64,000 nt of DNA, taken from IMG/VR virus record IMGVR_UViG_3300049137_000091, positions 25,469 through 89,468 of that record; one strand, 5' to 3'. The translations under genes and the position numbers were made by a program. Below are positions 19,673 through 29,767 of the stretch, in pieces (positions within the stretch are counted from its first letter, which is position 1; every line of letters starts with the position of its first letter). The notes beneath the pieces are model-generated. The model was not told where the DNA came from. It saw only the letters and a program-made list of their open reading frames with translations, and did not search any database. The DNA comes from a virus (taxonomy: Duplodnaviria > Caudoviricetes).

Positions 19673-21526
19673 ATGCCGTGGTACGACGCGTTCCGGGGCC
19701 GAACGCCCCGGCCGCCCGAGACCGCAACGACCTTCGGACCTGCGCCGGTGCCCGAGGCGCTGACGGCCGCCGCGTCCGAACCGCGCGGCCCCGAGACCAA
19801 GTTCTTGCGCCGCACCGAGTCCTGGCAGGAGGAGGTGTGGCGGTACCACGAGACGCTGGGCGAGTTCAACTACGGCGTGTGGTGGCTGGCCAACATGCTC
19901 TCCCGGGTCCGGCTGCGGGCGGCCCGGCTCACCCCCGACTCCGACGAGCCGGAGATCGTGCGCACCGGCACGGCCGCCGAGCTGATGATGCGCCTCGGTG
20001 GCGGTGTCGCCGGTCAGGCTCAGCTCATGCGCCGGCTGACCGTGCAGCTCTCCCTGCCCGGCGAGGGCTACCTGGTGGGGGAGACGGAGGGGAAGACCGA
20101 GCGCTGGCAGGTGCGGTCGGTGGACGAGATCCGCGTCCAGTCGAACCGCTACGAGGTGATGGACGAAGAGAGCGTCACCACCGGGCAGGAATGGCGCCCC
20201 CTTGCCGCCGACCACCTTGTGGTCCGCGTCTGGCGCCCGCACGATCGCTTCTACCACCTGGCCGACTCGCCGGCCCGGTCCGCCCGCGAGGTGATGCGCG
20301 AGCTGGAGTTGGTCAACCGGAAGATCACGTCCGAGTATCTGTCGCGTCTGGCCAGTGCGGGCATGGTCGCAATCCCGGACGAGATCAGCTTCCCGGTGCG
20401 CGAGGAGTTTGCCGACGAGCCCAACCCGTTCATGGCCGAGTGGATCGAGATTGCCGCGACGGCGATCCAGAACCCGGGCACCGCGTCGGCCGTCGTGCCG
20501 ATCCCGCTGGTGGGCCCGGCCGAGGCCATCGATAAGATCCGCATGATCGACTTCACGCTGAAGACGGATGAGAAGACGATCGAGAAGCGGGACAGCGCAA
20601 TCAAGCGCCTGGCCACCAAGCTCGACATGCCCGCCGAGGTGCTGCTGGGCATGGGTGACGTCAACCACTGGGGGCAGTGGCAGCTCGAAGAGTCCGGGCT
20701 GAAAACGCACATCGCGCCGGTGGCCGAGCTGATCTGCGACGCCCTGACGCGCGGCTACCTCCAGCCCCGGCTGGAAGCCTCCGGCGAGGACCCGGACGCG
20801 TGGGTCGTCTGGTACGACATGTCCGAGCTGGCGCTGCGCCCGGACCGTTCCGGCAACGCCGTCCTGGCCTACGACCGCATGGAGTTGAGCAGCGAGTCCT
20901 TCCGCCGGGAGATGGGCTTCAACGAGTCCGACGCACCCACCGACGACGAGCTGCGCAACCTCGCGCTGAAGACCATCATCCGCACGCTGCCGTCCGGCGC
21001 CGCGTCCGCGCTGTCCCAGCTCATCGGGGAGGACGTCCCGCAGATCGTGCCGGTGTCCCCGCAGGACCCGGGCACCGCCGAGGCCGTGCAGCAGGGCGAC
21101 ACCCCGCCGCCGGCCGGGCAGACGCCGGAAGGCGACGCCCCGGCCGGGCCGTCCCCGGCGCCGGACAGCGGGGCACGGCCCACCTCGCAGGAGTCCGGGC
21201 CGCCCGGCGAGGCGGCGGCCGACCGGGCCCGCCGCGTCGTCGCGCAGGCCCGCACACAGCACATGATCCGGTTCTCGGCTGCTGGCAGGTGGGAGCTGCT
21301 GCACCCCGGCGTCTGCGAGGAGCACGAGTACTCCTGCCCGTACACGCATGCCGTCGCCACGGCGGCGCCGTCGGTCCGGCCGGGCACATCCGGAACGTAC
21401 CTGTGCCACCTGGACCCGTACGGCCGTCTGATGCTGGACGGCCGCAGCCCCTACGCCGACACGTCCACGATGATCACCACGTCTCTGCTGCCGGGGGTGA
21501 GCGGCCGTGGCACCGACACCGTCTGA
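19673..21526 (+). CDS. portal protein
   Basis: 617 aa from ATG 19673 (GGGGAGG RBS); WQEEVWRYHETLGEFNYGVWWLANMLSRVRL, actinophage portal-like; first gene of the head module. Confidence 0.8.
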   Translation: MPWYDAFRGRTPRPPETATTFGPAPVPEALTAAASEPRGPETKFLRRTESWQEEVWRYHETLGEFNYGVWWLANMLSRVRLRAARLTPDSDEPEIVRTGTAAELMMRLGGGVAGQAQLMRRLTVQLSLPGEGYLVGETEGKTERWQVRSVDEIRVQSNRYEVMDEESVTTGQEWRPLAADHLVVRVWRPHDRFYHLADSPARSAREVMRELELVNRKITSEYLSRLASAGMVAIPDEISFPVREEFADEPNPFMAEWIEIAATAIQNPGTASAVVPIPLVGPAEAIDKIRMIDFTLKTDEKTIEKRDSAIKRLATKLDMPAEVLLGMGDVNHWGQWQLEESGLKTHIAPVAELICDALTRGYLQPRLEASGEDPDAWVVWYDMSELALRPDRSGNAVLAYDRMELSSESFRREMGFNESDAPTDDELRNLALKTIIRTLPSGAASALSQLIGEDVPQIVPVSPQDPGTAEAVQQGDTPPPAGQTPEGDAPAGPSPAPDSGARPTSQESGPPGEAAADRARRVVAQARTQHMIRFSAAGRWELLHPGVCEEHEYSCPYTHAVATAAPSVRPGTSGTYLCHLDPYGRLMLDGRSPYADTSTMITTSLLPGVSGRGTDTV

Positions 21527-23606
21527 GGTCCCGGTCAACGAGGGCGGGGACCTGCTGCGCCGCACGCTGCCTGACGGCGTCCGGCCAGTCGTCCACCGCT
21601 GCGGCCGGGCCGCGCTGACCGCCGACGCCGACGGCTCGCACACGCAGGGCGGCATGATCGCGCTGATGCCGACGCCCGAAGACGCCGAGCGCCTGGCCAT
21701 CCCCGGCGGCGAGCCCGCGTCTGAGCTGCACCTGACGCTCGCCTACCTCGGTAGCGACATGTCGATTTTCAGCGAGGAAGACCGGGCCGCTCTGGTGGAA
21801 GGGGTCCGCAGGGAGACCCGTTACCTGTCGTCCATCACTGCGAAGGTCTTCGGCGCCGCGCTGTGGAACGGCGACGGCGACGAGCCCGCGTGGGTGTGGT
21901 CGGTCGGAGACCTTCCCGACGGAGGCTCGCTGGAGGCCGCGCATGAGGCCGCCGAGGAAGCGGTCTGGGTAGCCGAGATTCCCGCTCCGCCGCAGCACAC
22001 CCCGTGGGCCGCTCACGTCTGTGCGGCGTACAGCGACGACCCGGCGCTGCTGGGTGAGCTGAACGCACGACTGGGCGAGGTCACCTTCGACCGGGTGCGC
22101 GTCTCCTTCGGCGACGACGACACCGACATTCCGCTGACCGGCGAGGCGGTGACGGCCGCCGGGCCGCTACGGCGCGAGCCGACCACCCTGGAGGCGGCCA
22201 GCCGGTGCGACTTCACGACCGTGCACCGGGAGTGGGAGGACGCGACCGCGCGGGCGACCGGCGCACTGCGCACCATCACCGCCGGCTGGCGCCTGGCCCT
22301 GCGCGGGCAGATCGTGCGCAGTCTCACCGACGACGACCCGACCGACGTCCCCGACTTGTCCGTGGACACCCTGGAGGCGGCCACGACGCTGCTGTCCTTC
22401 ATGGAGGAGTACGCCGTCGCGGCCGGACGGACGATGGAAGAAGAGGCCCGGCGCCAGGGTGTCAGCGTGCCGCCGTGGACCGTCCCGGACGGCGATGATG
22501 ACGCGCTGACGGCCGCGCTGACGGGCCGCCGGCTGCTGGAGTCGGTGTCGCGCATCGTCTCCGACCTGGCCGCGTCCACGCTGGTGCAGGCCGCCAAGCG
22601 CGCGCTGGTCCGGCGCCTGCGCACCGATGCAGCCCCGGCCACCGTAGCCACGGAGGTGGACCGTGAGCTGGACCGCATGGACGACACCGCCGTACAGGCG
22701 GCGGTCGGCCAGGCGATGACCGCCGCGCAGAACGCTGGGCGCCTGGCCGTGATGGAGGCCGCCGAGCCGGCCCGGTCGTACGTGGCCAGCGAGATCCTGG
22801 ACGGCCGCACCTGCGAACCGTGCAAGGCCATCGACGGACGCACCTTCACCACCCTGGCGAACGCGGTCGCCGAGTACCCGGTGATGGGTTTCAAGGACTG
22901 CACCGGCGCCCGGTACGGCAACGCGTGCCGGGGCTTCATCGTCGCCGTGTGGCAGGAGGTCCGCGAGGACGCGGCCACCACGGCGAGCGCGCACCGCCAC
23001 TACCTGCACGGCACACCGGGCCGCCCCTCGTACCGCAAGTACCACCCCAAGAGCGGCGCGGCACAGGCAGGGCGGAAGACCCAGCACAGGAACGGCGGAT
23101 GGCTTGGCAGTAACCGGTTCACCGAGCGGGAGCACGACATGGCGCTGGGGAGCTACACGAGCCGTGGCTACAAGACCATCAACGAGTGCCTGCGCACGGA
23201 CTGCCAGGGGTCCGAGGACGAAGTCGCGCAGACCCGCGAACGCATCAGCACACTCTCGGACCTGGTCAACATCCAGGACCCGACCACCGAGGAGATGCGC
23301 ACGTACAGGGGGGTGAGGGGCATCCGTCTTGATCTTGCCGAGGGTGACGAGTTCCATGACCGGGGCTTCGTCTCCACCACCCGCGACGAGAACTTCGCGA
23401 AAGGCTGGATATCCGGCTGGGGGACCATTGTCCGCATCAAGGTCCCCAAGGGCTCGCAAGTCCTGGACGTCACGGCGCTGGGCGGCCCGGGTTCCGAGAG
23501 GGAGGTCATCCTTCCGCCGGGCAGCAAGTTCCGCGTGACCCGCGCCCAAGTGCCGGACAGCCCGATGGAAGCCGTCGTTCTGGACGTGGAGTTGATCAAT
23601 GGCTAA
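21507..23606 (+). CDS. 2H phosphoesterase + MuF/head-morphogenesis + ADP-ribosyltransferase fusion
   Basis: LHLTLAYLG and WAAHVCAAY (2H motifs); ASEILDGRTCEPC...C.G...CRG (MuF-like); YRG...FVSTT...EREVILPPG (R-STS-ExE ART). Confidence 0.8.
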   Translation: MAPTPSEVPVNEGGDLLRRTLPDGVRPVVHRCGRAALTADADGSHTQGGMIALMPTPEDAERLAIPGGEPASELHLTLAYLGSDMSIFSEEDRAALVEGVRRETRYLSSITAKVFGAALWNGDGDEPAWVWSVGDLPDGGSLEAAHEAAEEAVWVAEIPAPPQHTPWAAHVCAAYSDDPALLGELNARLGEVTFDRVRVSFGDDDTDIPLTGEAVTAAGPLRREPTTLEAASRCDFTTVHREWEDATARATGALRTITAGWRLALRGQIVRSLTDDDPTDVPDLSVDTLEAATTLLSFMEEYAVAAGRTMEEEARRQGVSVPPWTVPDGDDDALTAALTGRRLLESVSRIVSDLAASTLVQAAKRALVRRLRTDAAPATVATEVDRELDRMDDTAVQAAVGQAMTAAQNAGRLAVMEAAEPARSYVASEILDGRTCEPCKAIDGRTFTTLANAVAEYPVMGFKDCTGARYGNACRGFIVAVWQEVREDAATTASAHRHYLHGTPGRPSYRKYHPKSGAAQAGRKTQHRNGGWLGSNRFTEREHDMALGSYTSRGYKTINECLRTDCQGSEDEVAQTRERISTLSDLVNIQDPTTEEMRTYRGVRGIRLDLAEGDEFHDRGFVSTTRDENFAKGWISGWGTIVRIKVPKGSQVLDVTALGGPGSEREVILPPGSKFRVTRAQVPDSPMEAVVLDVELING

Positions 23607-25248
23607 CCGGATCGAAGACCGGGCGGGCGACTGGACCATGGACGTCCTTGTCGTGGACAAGCGCGCCCACAACGTCACCGCCGCCATCGACGGGCGGGCG
23701 AGCGGCACCACCAACCCGGCCGCATTGGACGCGGCGGAAGGAGAGCAGGCCATGACGACCGAAGCGACCGAGGCGCTGGGCAAGGGCGAGCCGAATCCGG
23801 GCACGCCGAAGGACAAGCGGCTGAAGGAGAACCGGAAGGAGGACGAACAGGGCTGCCCGCCCGGAATGGTCTGGGACGGGGACGCCGGCGAGTGCGTCAA
23901 GGAGGTGCCCGGCGAGCAGGCGGCCCGCGCCGAGACGCTGGCGCAGGGCGCGCGGGCCGACGCCGACGAGGTGACCGGTCCGGCCCCATCCGAGATCGGC
24001 GGAGAGCAGACGGCTCCGTGGCGGGGCCCGCTCACCGTGGAAGGCGTTGAGACCGGCGACGGCCGCGAGTTCTCCCCCGAGTCGCTGACGTGGGCCGACC
24101 TGCCGCTGCCGCTGCGCTGGAACAAGGAGGACTCCCACGGCGGCGAGCCCCGGACGATCGCGGTCAACGTCGGCCGCATCGACCGCATCTGGCGCGACGA
24201 GGGCGGCCTGGTGATGGGCGAGGGCGTGCTCGACCTGTCCACCGACGACGGCCGCACTGTGCACGGCAAGATCAAGGGCCAGTTCTTGCGGGGCGTGTCC
24301 GTGGACGTCGACTCCATCAAGGACGCCGACATGGAGCTGGTCTGGCCGGACGACCCGGACGCCGACGGCGAAGGCTCTGCGTTCGACATGCTGTTCGCCT
24401 CTCCGGAGAAGGTCGTCTTCCACAAGGGCCGCATCCGTGCGGCCACGCTGGTGGACATCCCCGCTTTCGCCGAGGCGTACATTGCGCTGTTGGACGAGGC
24501 GGGTGCGGTCGTCGCCGGCGGCACTCCGGCCGGGACGATGGCGCTGCGCCAGACGGTTACGGCGCGGTCGGTGTCGTCGGTGGAGGCGCCGGTGCGCCCG
24601 CCGGCCGCGTGGTTCGCCGACCCGAAGCTGTCCGTGCCGACCGGGATCACGGTCACGCCGGAGGGGCGGGTGTACGGACACGCCGCGCTGTGGGGGACCT
24701 GCCACATCGGGCAGGCCGGGGTGTGCGTCACCCCGCCGCGCGAGGACGCGCACCCGTACTTCATGACCGGCAACGTCTGGACGGAGACCGGCGACTCGGT
24801 GTCCGTCGGCCAGATCACCGTCGGCACCGGGCACGCCCCGCTCAACTACTCCCACCGGGCGGCGGCCGAGCACTACGACAACACCGGCGCCGCCGTGGCG
24901 GACGTCGCCGTCGGCAACGACGAGCACGGCATCTGGGTGGCCGGATCGATCCGGCCCTACACCGCCGAATCCCGCATCCGGGAGCTGCGCGCGGCCGGGC
25001 AGGTGTCCGGCGACTGGCGACGCATCGGCGGCCAGCTCCGGCTGGTCGGTCTGCTCGCCGTCAACGTGCCCGGGTTCCCGGTGCCGAAGCTGCGCACGGG
25101 CCTGGCGCACGGGCAGCAGTACGCGCTGGTAGCGGCCGGTATCCCGCCGCTCACCGAGTCTGTGGACGAGGCCGAGCTGGACCAGTGGGCCTACCGCCGG
25201 GTGCTGGCCTCCCTGTCCCGCAAGGTCCACGACACCGAAGGGAGGTGA
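23599..25248 (+). CDS. capsid maturation protease-like / head assembly protein
   Basis: WRGPLTVEGVETGDGREF...VGRIDRIWR...IRAATLVDIPAFAEA; lies between the MuF-like gene and the major capsid gene. Confidence 0.7.
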   Translation: MANRIEDRAGDWTMDVLVVDKRAHNVTAAIDGRASGTTNPAALDAAEGEQAMTTEATEALGKGEPNPGTPKDKRLKENRKEDEQGCPPGMVWDGDAGECVKEVPGEQAARAETLAQGARADADEVTGPAPSEIGGEQTAPWRGPLTVEGVETGDGREFSPESLTWADLPLPLRWNKEDSHGGEPRTIAVNVGRIDRIWRDEGGLVMGEGVLDLSTDDGRTVHGKIKGQFLRGVSVDVDSIKDADMELVWPDDPDADGEGSAFDMLFASPEKVVFHKGRIRAATLVDIPAFAEAYIALLDEAGAVVAGGTPAGTMALRQTVTARSVSSVEAPVRPPAAWFADPKLSVPTGITVTPEGRVYGHAALWGTCHIGQAGVCVTPPREDAHPYFMTGNVWTETGDSVSVGQITVGTGHAPLNYSHRAAAEHYDNTGAAVADVAVGNDEHGIWVAGSIRPYTAESRIRELRAAGQVSGDWRRIGGQLRLVGLLAVNVPGFPVPKLRTGLAHGQQYALVAAGIPPLTESVDEAELDQWAYRRVLASLSRKVHDTEGR

Positions 25249-25253
25249 CCCCC

Positions 25254-25364
25254 ATGTTCCGCCGCACCCAGTTCACCCGTCTCGACGGACAACGGTTCCG
25301 CTGCTCCTGGTGGCAGTTCGGCAGCAGGATCTTCCGGTACCGCGAATACCTCGAAGGGAGGTGA
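25254..25364 (+). CDS. 36-aa micro-ORF
   Basis: strong SD GAAGGGAGGTGA; MFRRTQFTRLDGQRFRCSWWQFGSRIFRYREYLEGR. Confidence 0.5.
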   Translation: MFRRTQFTRLDGQRFRCSWWQFGSRIFRYREYLEGR

Positions 25365-25369
25365 CCCGT

Positions 25370-25465
25370 ATGCGTCTCGTGATCGATTTGGGCTGCGGCT
25401 GCGGCAAGCCGTACGCGCCGCCGCCCCCGCCGCCCCCGCCGCCGATCGGCGGACCGGCGGCCTGA
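25370..25465 (+). CDS. 31-aa micro-ORF with GCGCGK and a 9-Pro tract
   Basis: same SD GAAGGGAGGTGA; MRLVIDLGCGCGKPYAPPPPPPPPPIGGPAA. Confidence 0.55.
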   Translation: MRLVIDLGCGCGKPYAPPPPPPPPPIGGPAA

Positions 25466-25574
25466 ACTGGGACAACGGGCGGATCGTCAAGGGTCGTTCG
25501 ACTTTTTGGCGATCCGCCCGTTTGCGCTTACTCTGCGCGCCGTCCTGATCAGACCATTTCCCGGGAGGTCCGCA

Positions 25575-27359
25575 GTGCCGGAGCCCGAGCTGTTCACCGC
25601 ACCCGACGACCTCTCGCTGGTCCCTGAGGGCGAGCTGGCCGAACTGGAGGCGGGCGCGGTCGCCGAATTCGACCGCATCGCCAGTCTGTCCGAGCTGACG
25701 CCGGAGCACATCGCCTACTCTCAGCGGCTCACCGGCGACCTGGACCGCATCCGCGCCGAGCTGCGCGTGCGCGCCGTCCGGGCGCAGGAGCAGGCCACCA
25801 CCGCGCAGGCCGAGCGCGCCCGCCAGATGTCGCTGCTGCGCCAGTCGGTGCACGGCGGTGAGACCGCCACGACCGGGGAGGGCGAGGGCGGCACGCCCGC
25901 TCCGGTCGTGGCCGGCGGGGTCAACCTGACCGCGCTCACCGAGGCCACGGCCAAGGGAGTCGTCGCCGCCCTGTACGGCGACCAGGCGCCGCAGGACGTG
26001 CAGCGCCGCGTCGCCTCGCTGTCGCAGGTGCGCGAGCGCGCCCCGCAGCCGAAGATCCCGTCCGCCACCAACGCGGTCACCGCGTCCGTGGACATCCCGG
26101 GCGTGGCCGCCGGGCAGACCCTGCCCACCATGGAGGCGCTGAGCGAGGCGTTCCGCGCCAAGGCCAAGGCCGTGCCGACCACGCACTATGGCAGCCAGGG
26201 CGCCCCGCGCCACCTGGTCGCCTCGGTGCGCAACCGGTTCGACCACACCGTGGACGACCGCACGTCGGCGTCCACCGTGGAGGAGCTGTGGCACTCGATG
26301 ACGCAGGAGGGCGGCAAGGCCGACGCCCTGCTCGCCGGCGGCGGCTGGTGCGCGCCGTCGCAGACCACGTACGACTTCTTCAACATCGCCGACGCCCCGG
26401 TGGGTCTCATCGACCTGCCTACCGTCGGCGTCTCGCGGGGCGGCATCCGCTACCCGGTCAGCCCGTCGATCGGCGAGGTGTTCTTCACCGATGCCGGCTC
26501 CAACCCGGCCACCGGGTTCGGCGGGTTCGCGGCGGCGTTCTCCAACGCCTCCGACCCGTGGCTGTGGACCGAGGCCGACGACATCGCCACCGTCACCGGC
26601 TCGGTCAACAAGCCGACCCTGCGGGTGCCGTGCCCGACCTTCGCCGAGGAGCGGCTGGAGGCGTACGGCATCTCGCTCACGGCGGGCAACCTGACCGACG
26701 ACGCCTACCCGGAGTCCACGCAGAACTTCATCCAGCTTCTGCGGGCCGCGTACGCGCACGTCATCAACGCCCGGCTGATCAGCCTCATGGTGGCCCGGTC
26801 CACCAGCGCGATCACCTTCGGCGGCAACGTCCCGGCCACGCAGACGCTGCTGGACGGCGCCGAGCTGGCCGCCATCGACTACCGCGCCAAGTACGGCATG
26901 CGCGAGGACGCGGTGCTGGAGATCATCTTCCCGCGCTGGGTGCTCGCCGTCATCCGGGCCGACCTGGCCTGGAGGACGTCGGTGGAGCGCGAGAGCGTCA
27001 GCGATGCGCAGATCACCGCGTGGTTCACCGACCGGGGCCTGCGTCCGCAGTTCGTCTCCGACTGGCAGGTGCGCGGCGCCAACCAGTTCGGCCGCCAGTC
27101 CGCGAACCTCACCGCGTGGCCGACGTCGGCCGACTTCCTGCTCTACGCGGCCGGCACCTTCCTGCACGGCAACGGCCTCCAGCTCGACCTGGGCGTCACC
27201 CGCGACAGCCAGCTCAACGCCGAGAACGACCACAGCGCGCTGTGGGCGGAGGAGGCGCACCTGGTCGCCAAGGTCGGCCACGAGTCCCGGCTGTACCGGG
27301 CGTCCTTCCAGGTCAACGGTGCGGGCACGGCGGGCATCGCTCACGCCGCGCAGATTTGA
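25575..27359 (+). CDS. major capsid protein with N-terminal scaffold-like domain
   Basis: 594 aa from GTG 25575 (GGGAGG RBS); coiled-coil N-terminus; LLAGGGWCAPSQTTYD motif of actinophage capsids. Confidence 0.85.
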   Translation: MPEPELFTAPDDLSLVPEGELAELEAGAVAEFDRIASLSELTPEHIAYSQRLTGDLDRIRAELRVRAVRAQEQATTAQAERARQMSLLRQSVHGGETATTGEGEGGTPAPVVAGGVNLTALTEATAKGVVAALYGDQAPQDVQRRVASLSQVRERAPQPKIPSATNAVTASVDIPGVAAGQTLPTMEALSEAFRAKAKAVPTTHYGSQGAPRHLVASVRNRFDHTVDDRTSASTVEELWHSMTQEGGKADALLAGGGWCAPSQTTYDFFNIADAPVGLIDLPTVGVSRGGIRYPVSPSIGEVFFTDAGSNPATGFGGFAAAFSNASDPWLWTEADDIATVTGSVNKPTLRVPCPTFAEERLEAYGISLTAGNLTDDAYPESTQNFIQLLRAAYAHVINARLISLMVARSTSAITFGGNVPATQTLLDGAELAAIDYRAKYGMREDAVLEIIFPRWVLAVIRADLAWRTSVERESVSDAQITAWFTDRGLRPQFVSDWQVRGANQFGRQSANLTAWPTSADFLLYAAGTFLHGNGLQLDLGVTRDSQLNAENDHSALWAEEAHLVAKVGHESRLYRASFQVNGAGTAGIAHAAQI

Positions 27360-27395
27360 CGGACGACCCGGGACGAGTGAGGGGAGCGTGACGGC

Positions 27396-28274
27396 ATGAC
27401 GGGACTTCGCGTCCTGACCGACGGCCCTGTGTTCGAAGCGCTCCCTGACCCGCTGTGGGAGGCCGCGCAGCACCCGCAGCCGCCCGGCCCGCACTGGCAG
27501 CAGGGCATCACCTGGACGGAGTGGTGCGGCGGCGGGGAGACCACCTACGACGAGTGCCTGGCGTTCACCGGTTCGGGCGCCCCGCCCGCGCCGGGCGCGC
27601 TGGCCGAGACCGGCGACGCGTGCACGGTGCGGGGCGCGACCGCGTTCACTGTGTACGCCGGGTACACGGCGTCCCTGATCGGGTCCGACGGCGAAGATCA
27701 GGCCGAGGTGGCGCTGGCGCGGTCGGAGGCGTACCAGACGTCCCGGGCGTTCTGGACCGGCACGGCCGGCGGGCAGCAGGTCGTGTGGCCGCACCTGGCC
27801 GCCGGCGCCGCCCTGGACGATCCGCACGGGGCGACCTTGCAGACCGAACCGGAAACGGTGCTCGCCTCCCCGGCCGACCCGGCCGTGGCCTTCGGCGCGG
27901 TTGAAGCCCGGCTGGCGGCCGTCTACGGCGGACGCGGCGTCATCCACGTCCCGCCCGCCCTGCTGCCGGTGCTGATGGACCGCACGCTGGCCACCCCTGG
28001 CGATGACGGCGTGCTCCGGTCCCCGGCCGGGCACCGTGTCGTCGCCGCGCCCGGGTACACCGGGTCCGGGCCGGACGGCGCCGCGCCGGCGGCCGGAACG
28101 TTCTGGATCTACGCGACCGGGGCCATGTTCTCCTACCGGTCGGACGTGTTCGTTCGGGACATGCCCGGCACGTTCGACCGCGCCACCAACACGGTCCGCA
28201 AGCTGGCGTCGCGCACCTACCTGTTCGCGTGGGAGTGCACCCACCTGGCAGCCCAAATCAACGTACCCGCGTGA
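27396..28274 (+). CDS. virion structural protein (capsid-associated)
   Basis: 292 aa directly after the major capsid gene; HWQQGITW motif; assigned by synteny. Confidence 0.6.
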   Translation: MTGLRVLTDGPVFEALPDPLWEAAQHPQPPGPHWQQGITWTEWCGGGETTYDECLAFTGSGAPPAPGALAETGDACTVRGATAFTVYAGYTASLIGSDGEDQAEVALARSEAYQTSRAFWTGTAGGQQVVWPHLAAGAALDDPHGATLQTEPETVLASPADPAVAFGAVEARLAAVYGGRGVIHVPPALLPVLMDRTLATPGDDGVLRSPAGHRVVAAPGYTGSGPDGAAPAAGTFWIYATGAMFSYRSDVFVRDMPGTFDRATNTVRKLASRTYLFAWECTHLAAQINVPA

Positions 28275-28287
28275 GGGGTGAAGATCA

Positions 28288-28968
28288 GTGGTAGCGACAG
28301 TCATGTCTACGGCGACCCCGATCAAGGGGACGGTCTTCCGCATTGTGCGGCTGGACGCCTGCGGCAACCCGGTGACCGGCACCGGGTCCCTCTCCATCGT
28401 GTCCAAGGGCTTCGTCTCGGTGCAGATGGAGCCCCAGTACGAGGACGGCGAGGAGTTCTTCGAGCGCACCGCCGACGGCACCCCGTGCGTCAACCAGATG
28501 GACGACCCCATCCTCAAGAGGATGCAGCTCACCATCGAATTCTGCGAAATCAACACGACCGGCGTGGCCTACTTGGCGTCCGCCCGTGAGCTGACCGTCA
28601 ACGGCGCCGGGGTGACCGGCACCGGCTTCGCCTTCGCCGAGGGTTCGCCCACCAACCGCTACTCGCTGGAGGTCTGGCAGCGGGTGGCCGGCTCGGGCGC
28701 GTGCGACCCGTCCGGCGCGCAGCGCTACATCTACAACGCGTGGCCCAACGTCGGCGCCTCGCAGGTCGGCTCGTACAACATCGAGAACGGCCGCTCCACC
28801 CTGTCCATCGTCTCGAACACGGCGGCGCCGTCGGTCGCCGGCTGGGGCAGCGGTCCGGGCGGTACGTCGTGGCTGCCGGCCGGGGAGACGGTGCAGGACG
28901 GCGAGCACTGGCTGTGGAACATCACCACGACGGCCCCGCCGGTGCCGCAGGCCGGCGCACTGACGTGA
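28288..28968 (+). CDS. major tail (tube) protein
   Basis: PIKGTVFRIVRLDACGNPV...GFVSVQMEPQYEDGEEF. Confidence 0.75.
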   Translation: MVATVMSTATPIKGTVFRIVRLDACGNPVTGTGSLSIVSKGFVSVQMEPQYEDGEEFFERTADGTPCVNQMDDPILKRMQLTIEFCEINTTGVAYLASARELTVNGAGVTGTGFAFAEGSPTNRYSLEVWQRVAGSGACDPSGAQRYIYNAWPNVGASQVGSYNIENGRSTLSIVSNTAAPSVAGWGSGPGGTSWLPAGETVQDGEHWLWNITTTAPPVPQAGALT

Positions 28969-29267
28969 CGGTGCTGCTCGGCGGCGAGCGGCGGTGGTCC
29001 TGCCCCAACTGCTCGCACCGGGACCTGACCTTCGCAGGCGAGGTCAACCGGTTCCACCGGTGCCCCGGCCTGCGGGGTCTGCTCGCGCCCCTCGTGCTCG
29101 ACGGCACCGACTGCACGGTGCGGGCCGTCGAGCGCGGGGACTACGTCGCAGGCGAGCGGGTCCGCACGGACGCCGCCGGCCGCCCGGTGATGGCGGTGGA
29201 GGTGGAACGCGACGACGGGACGGACGTCGTCGTGTTCGCCCCGACCGCGAGCGTTCGAAGGAGCTGA
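28965..29267 (+). CDS. hypothetical protein in the virion module
   Basis: GTGA overlap; WSCPNC...FHRCPGLRG; 100 aa. Confidence 0.6.
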   Translation: MTVLLGGERRWSCPNCSHRDLTFAGEVNRFHRCPGLRGLLAPLVLDGTDCTVRAVERGDYVAGERVRTDAAGRPVMAVEVERDDGTDVVVFAPTASVRRS

Positions 29268-29271
29268 CCTG

Positions 29272-29754
29272 ATGGCGTGGACGTCGTCCCGGGTGTTCCG
29301 GGAATGGGTGGCCGGCCCGATGATGCAAGCGGCCGGCACGGGCTACACCGGGCTCGACTCGGACACGGTCAAGGCGGCCCTGTTCAACAACACCGTGTCG
29401 CCCGACGCCGACGCGGCCGTGACCGCCACCGGCTACGGCACAGGCACCTGGACGACCGCGCGGGAAGTCTCCAGCGGCACCGGGTGGCCGGTGGGAGGCC
29501 GGGCACTGACCGGCAAGACGGTATCCGGACCGGAGCCGGGCGTGATGGCGTTCGGGGCCGCCAACCTGGCCGCCACCGGCACCGTCACCCTGTCCAGCGT
29601 CTACGGCGCGCTGGTCTACGACGACTCGGTCACCGGCGGCACCGTCGCCGACCAGGGCGTGGCCTACCTCTACTTCGGCGGTGCCGTGTCGGTGACGTCC
29701 GGCACGTTCACCGTCGTCTGGAACGGCGACGGCATCATGCGGTTCACGGTCTGA
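29272..29754 (+). CDS. virion structural protein
   Basis: 160 aa, beta-rich, GGAG RBS; assigned by synteny. Confidence 0.6.
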   Translation: MAWTSSRVFREWVAGPMMQAAGTGYTGLDSDTVKAALFNNTVSPDADAAVTATGYGTGTWTTAREVSSGTGWPVGGRALTGKTVSGPEPGVMAFGAANLAATGTVTLSSVYGALVYDDSVTGGTVADQGVAYLYFGGAVSVTSGTFTVVWNGDGIMRFTV

Positions 29755-29767
29755 CGCGGGAGGCACG

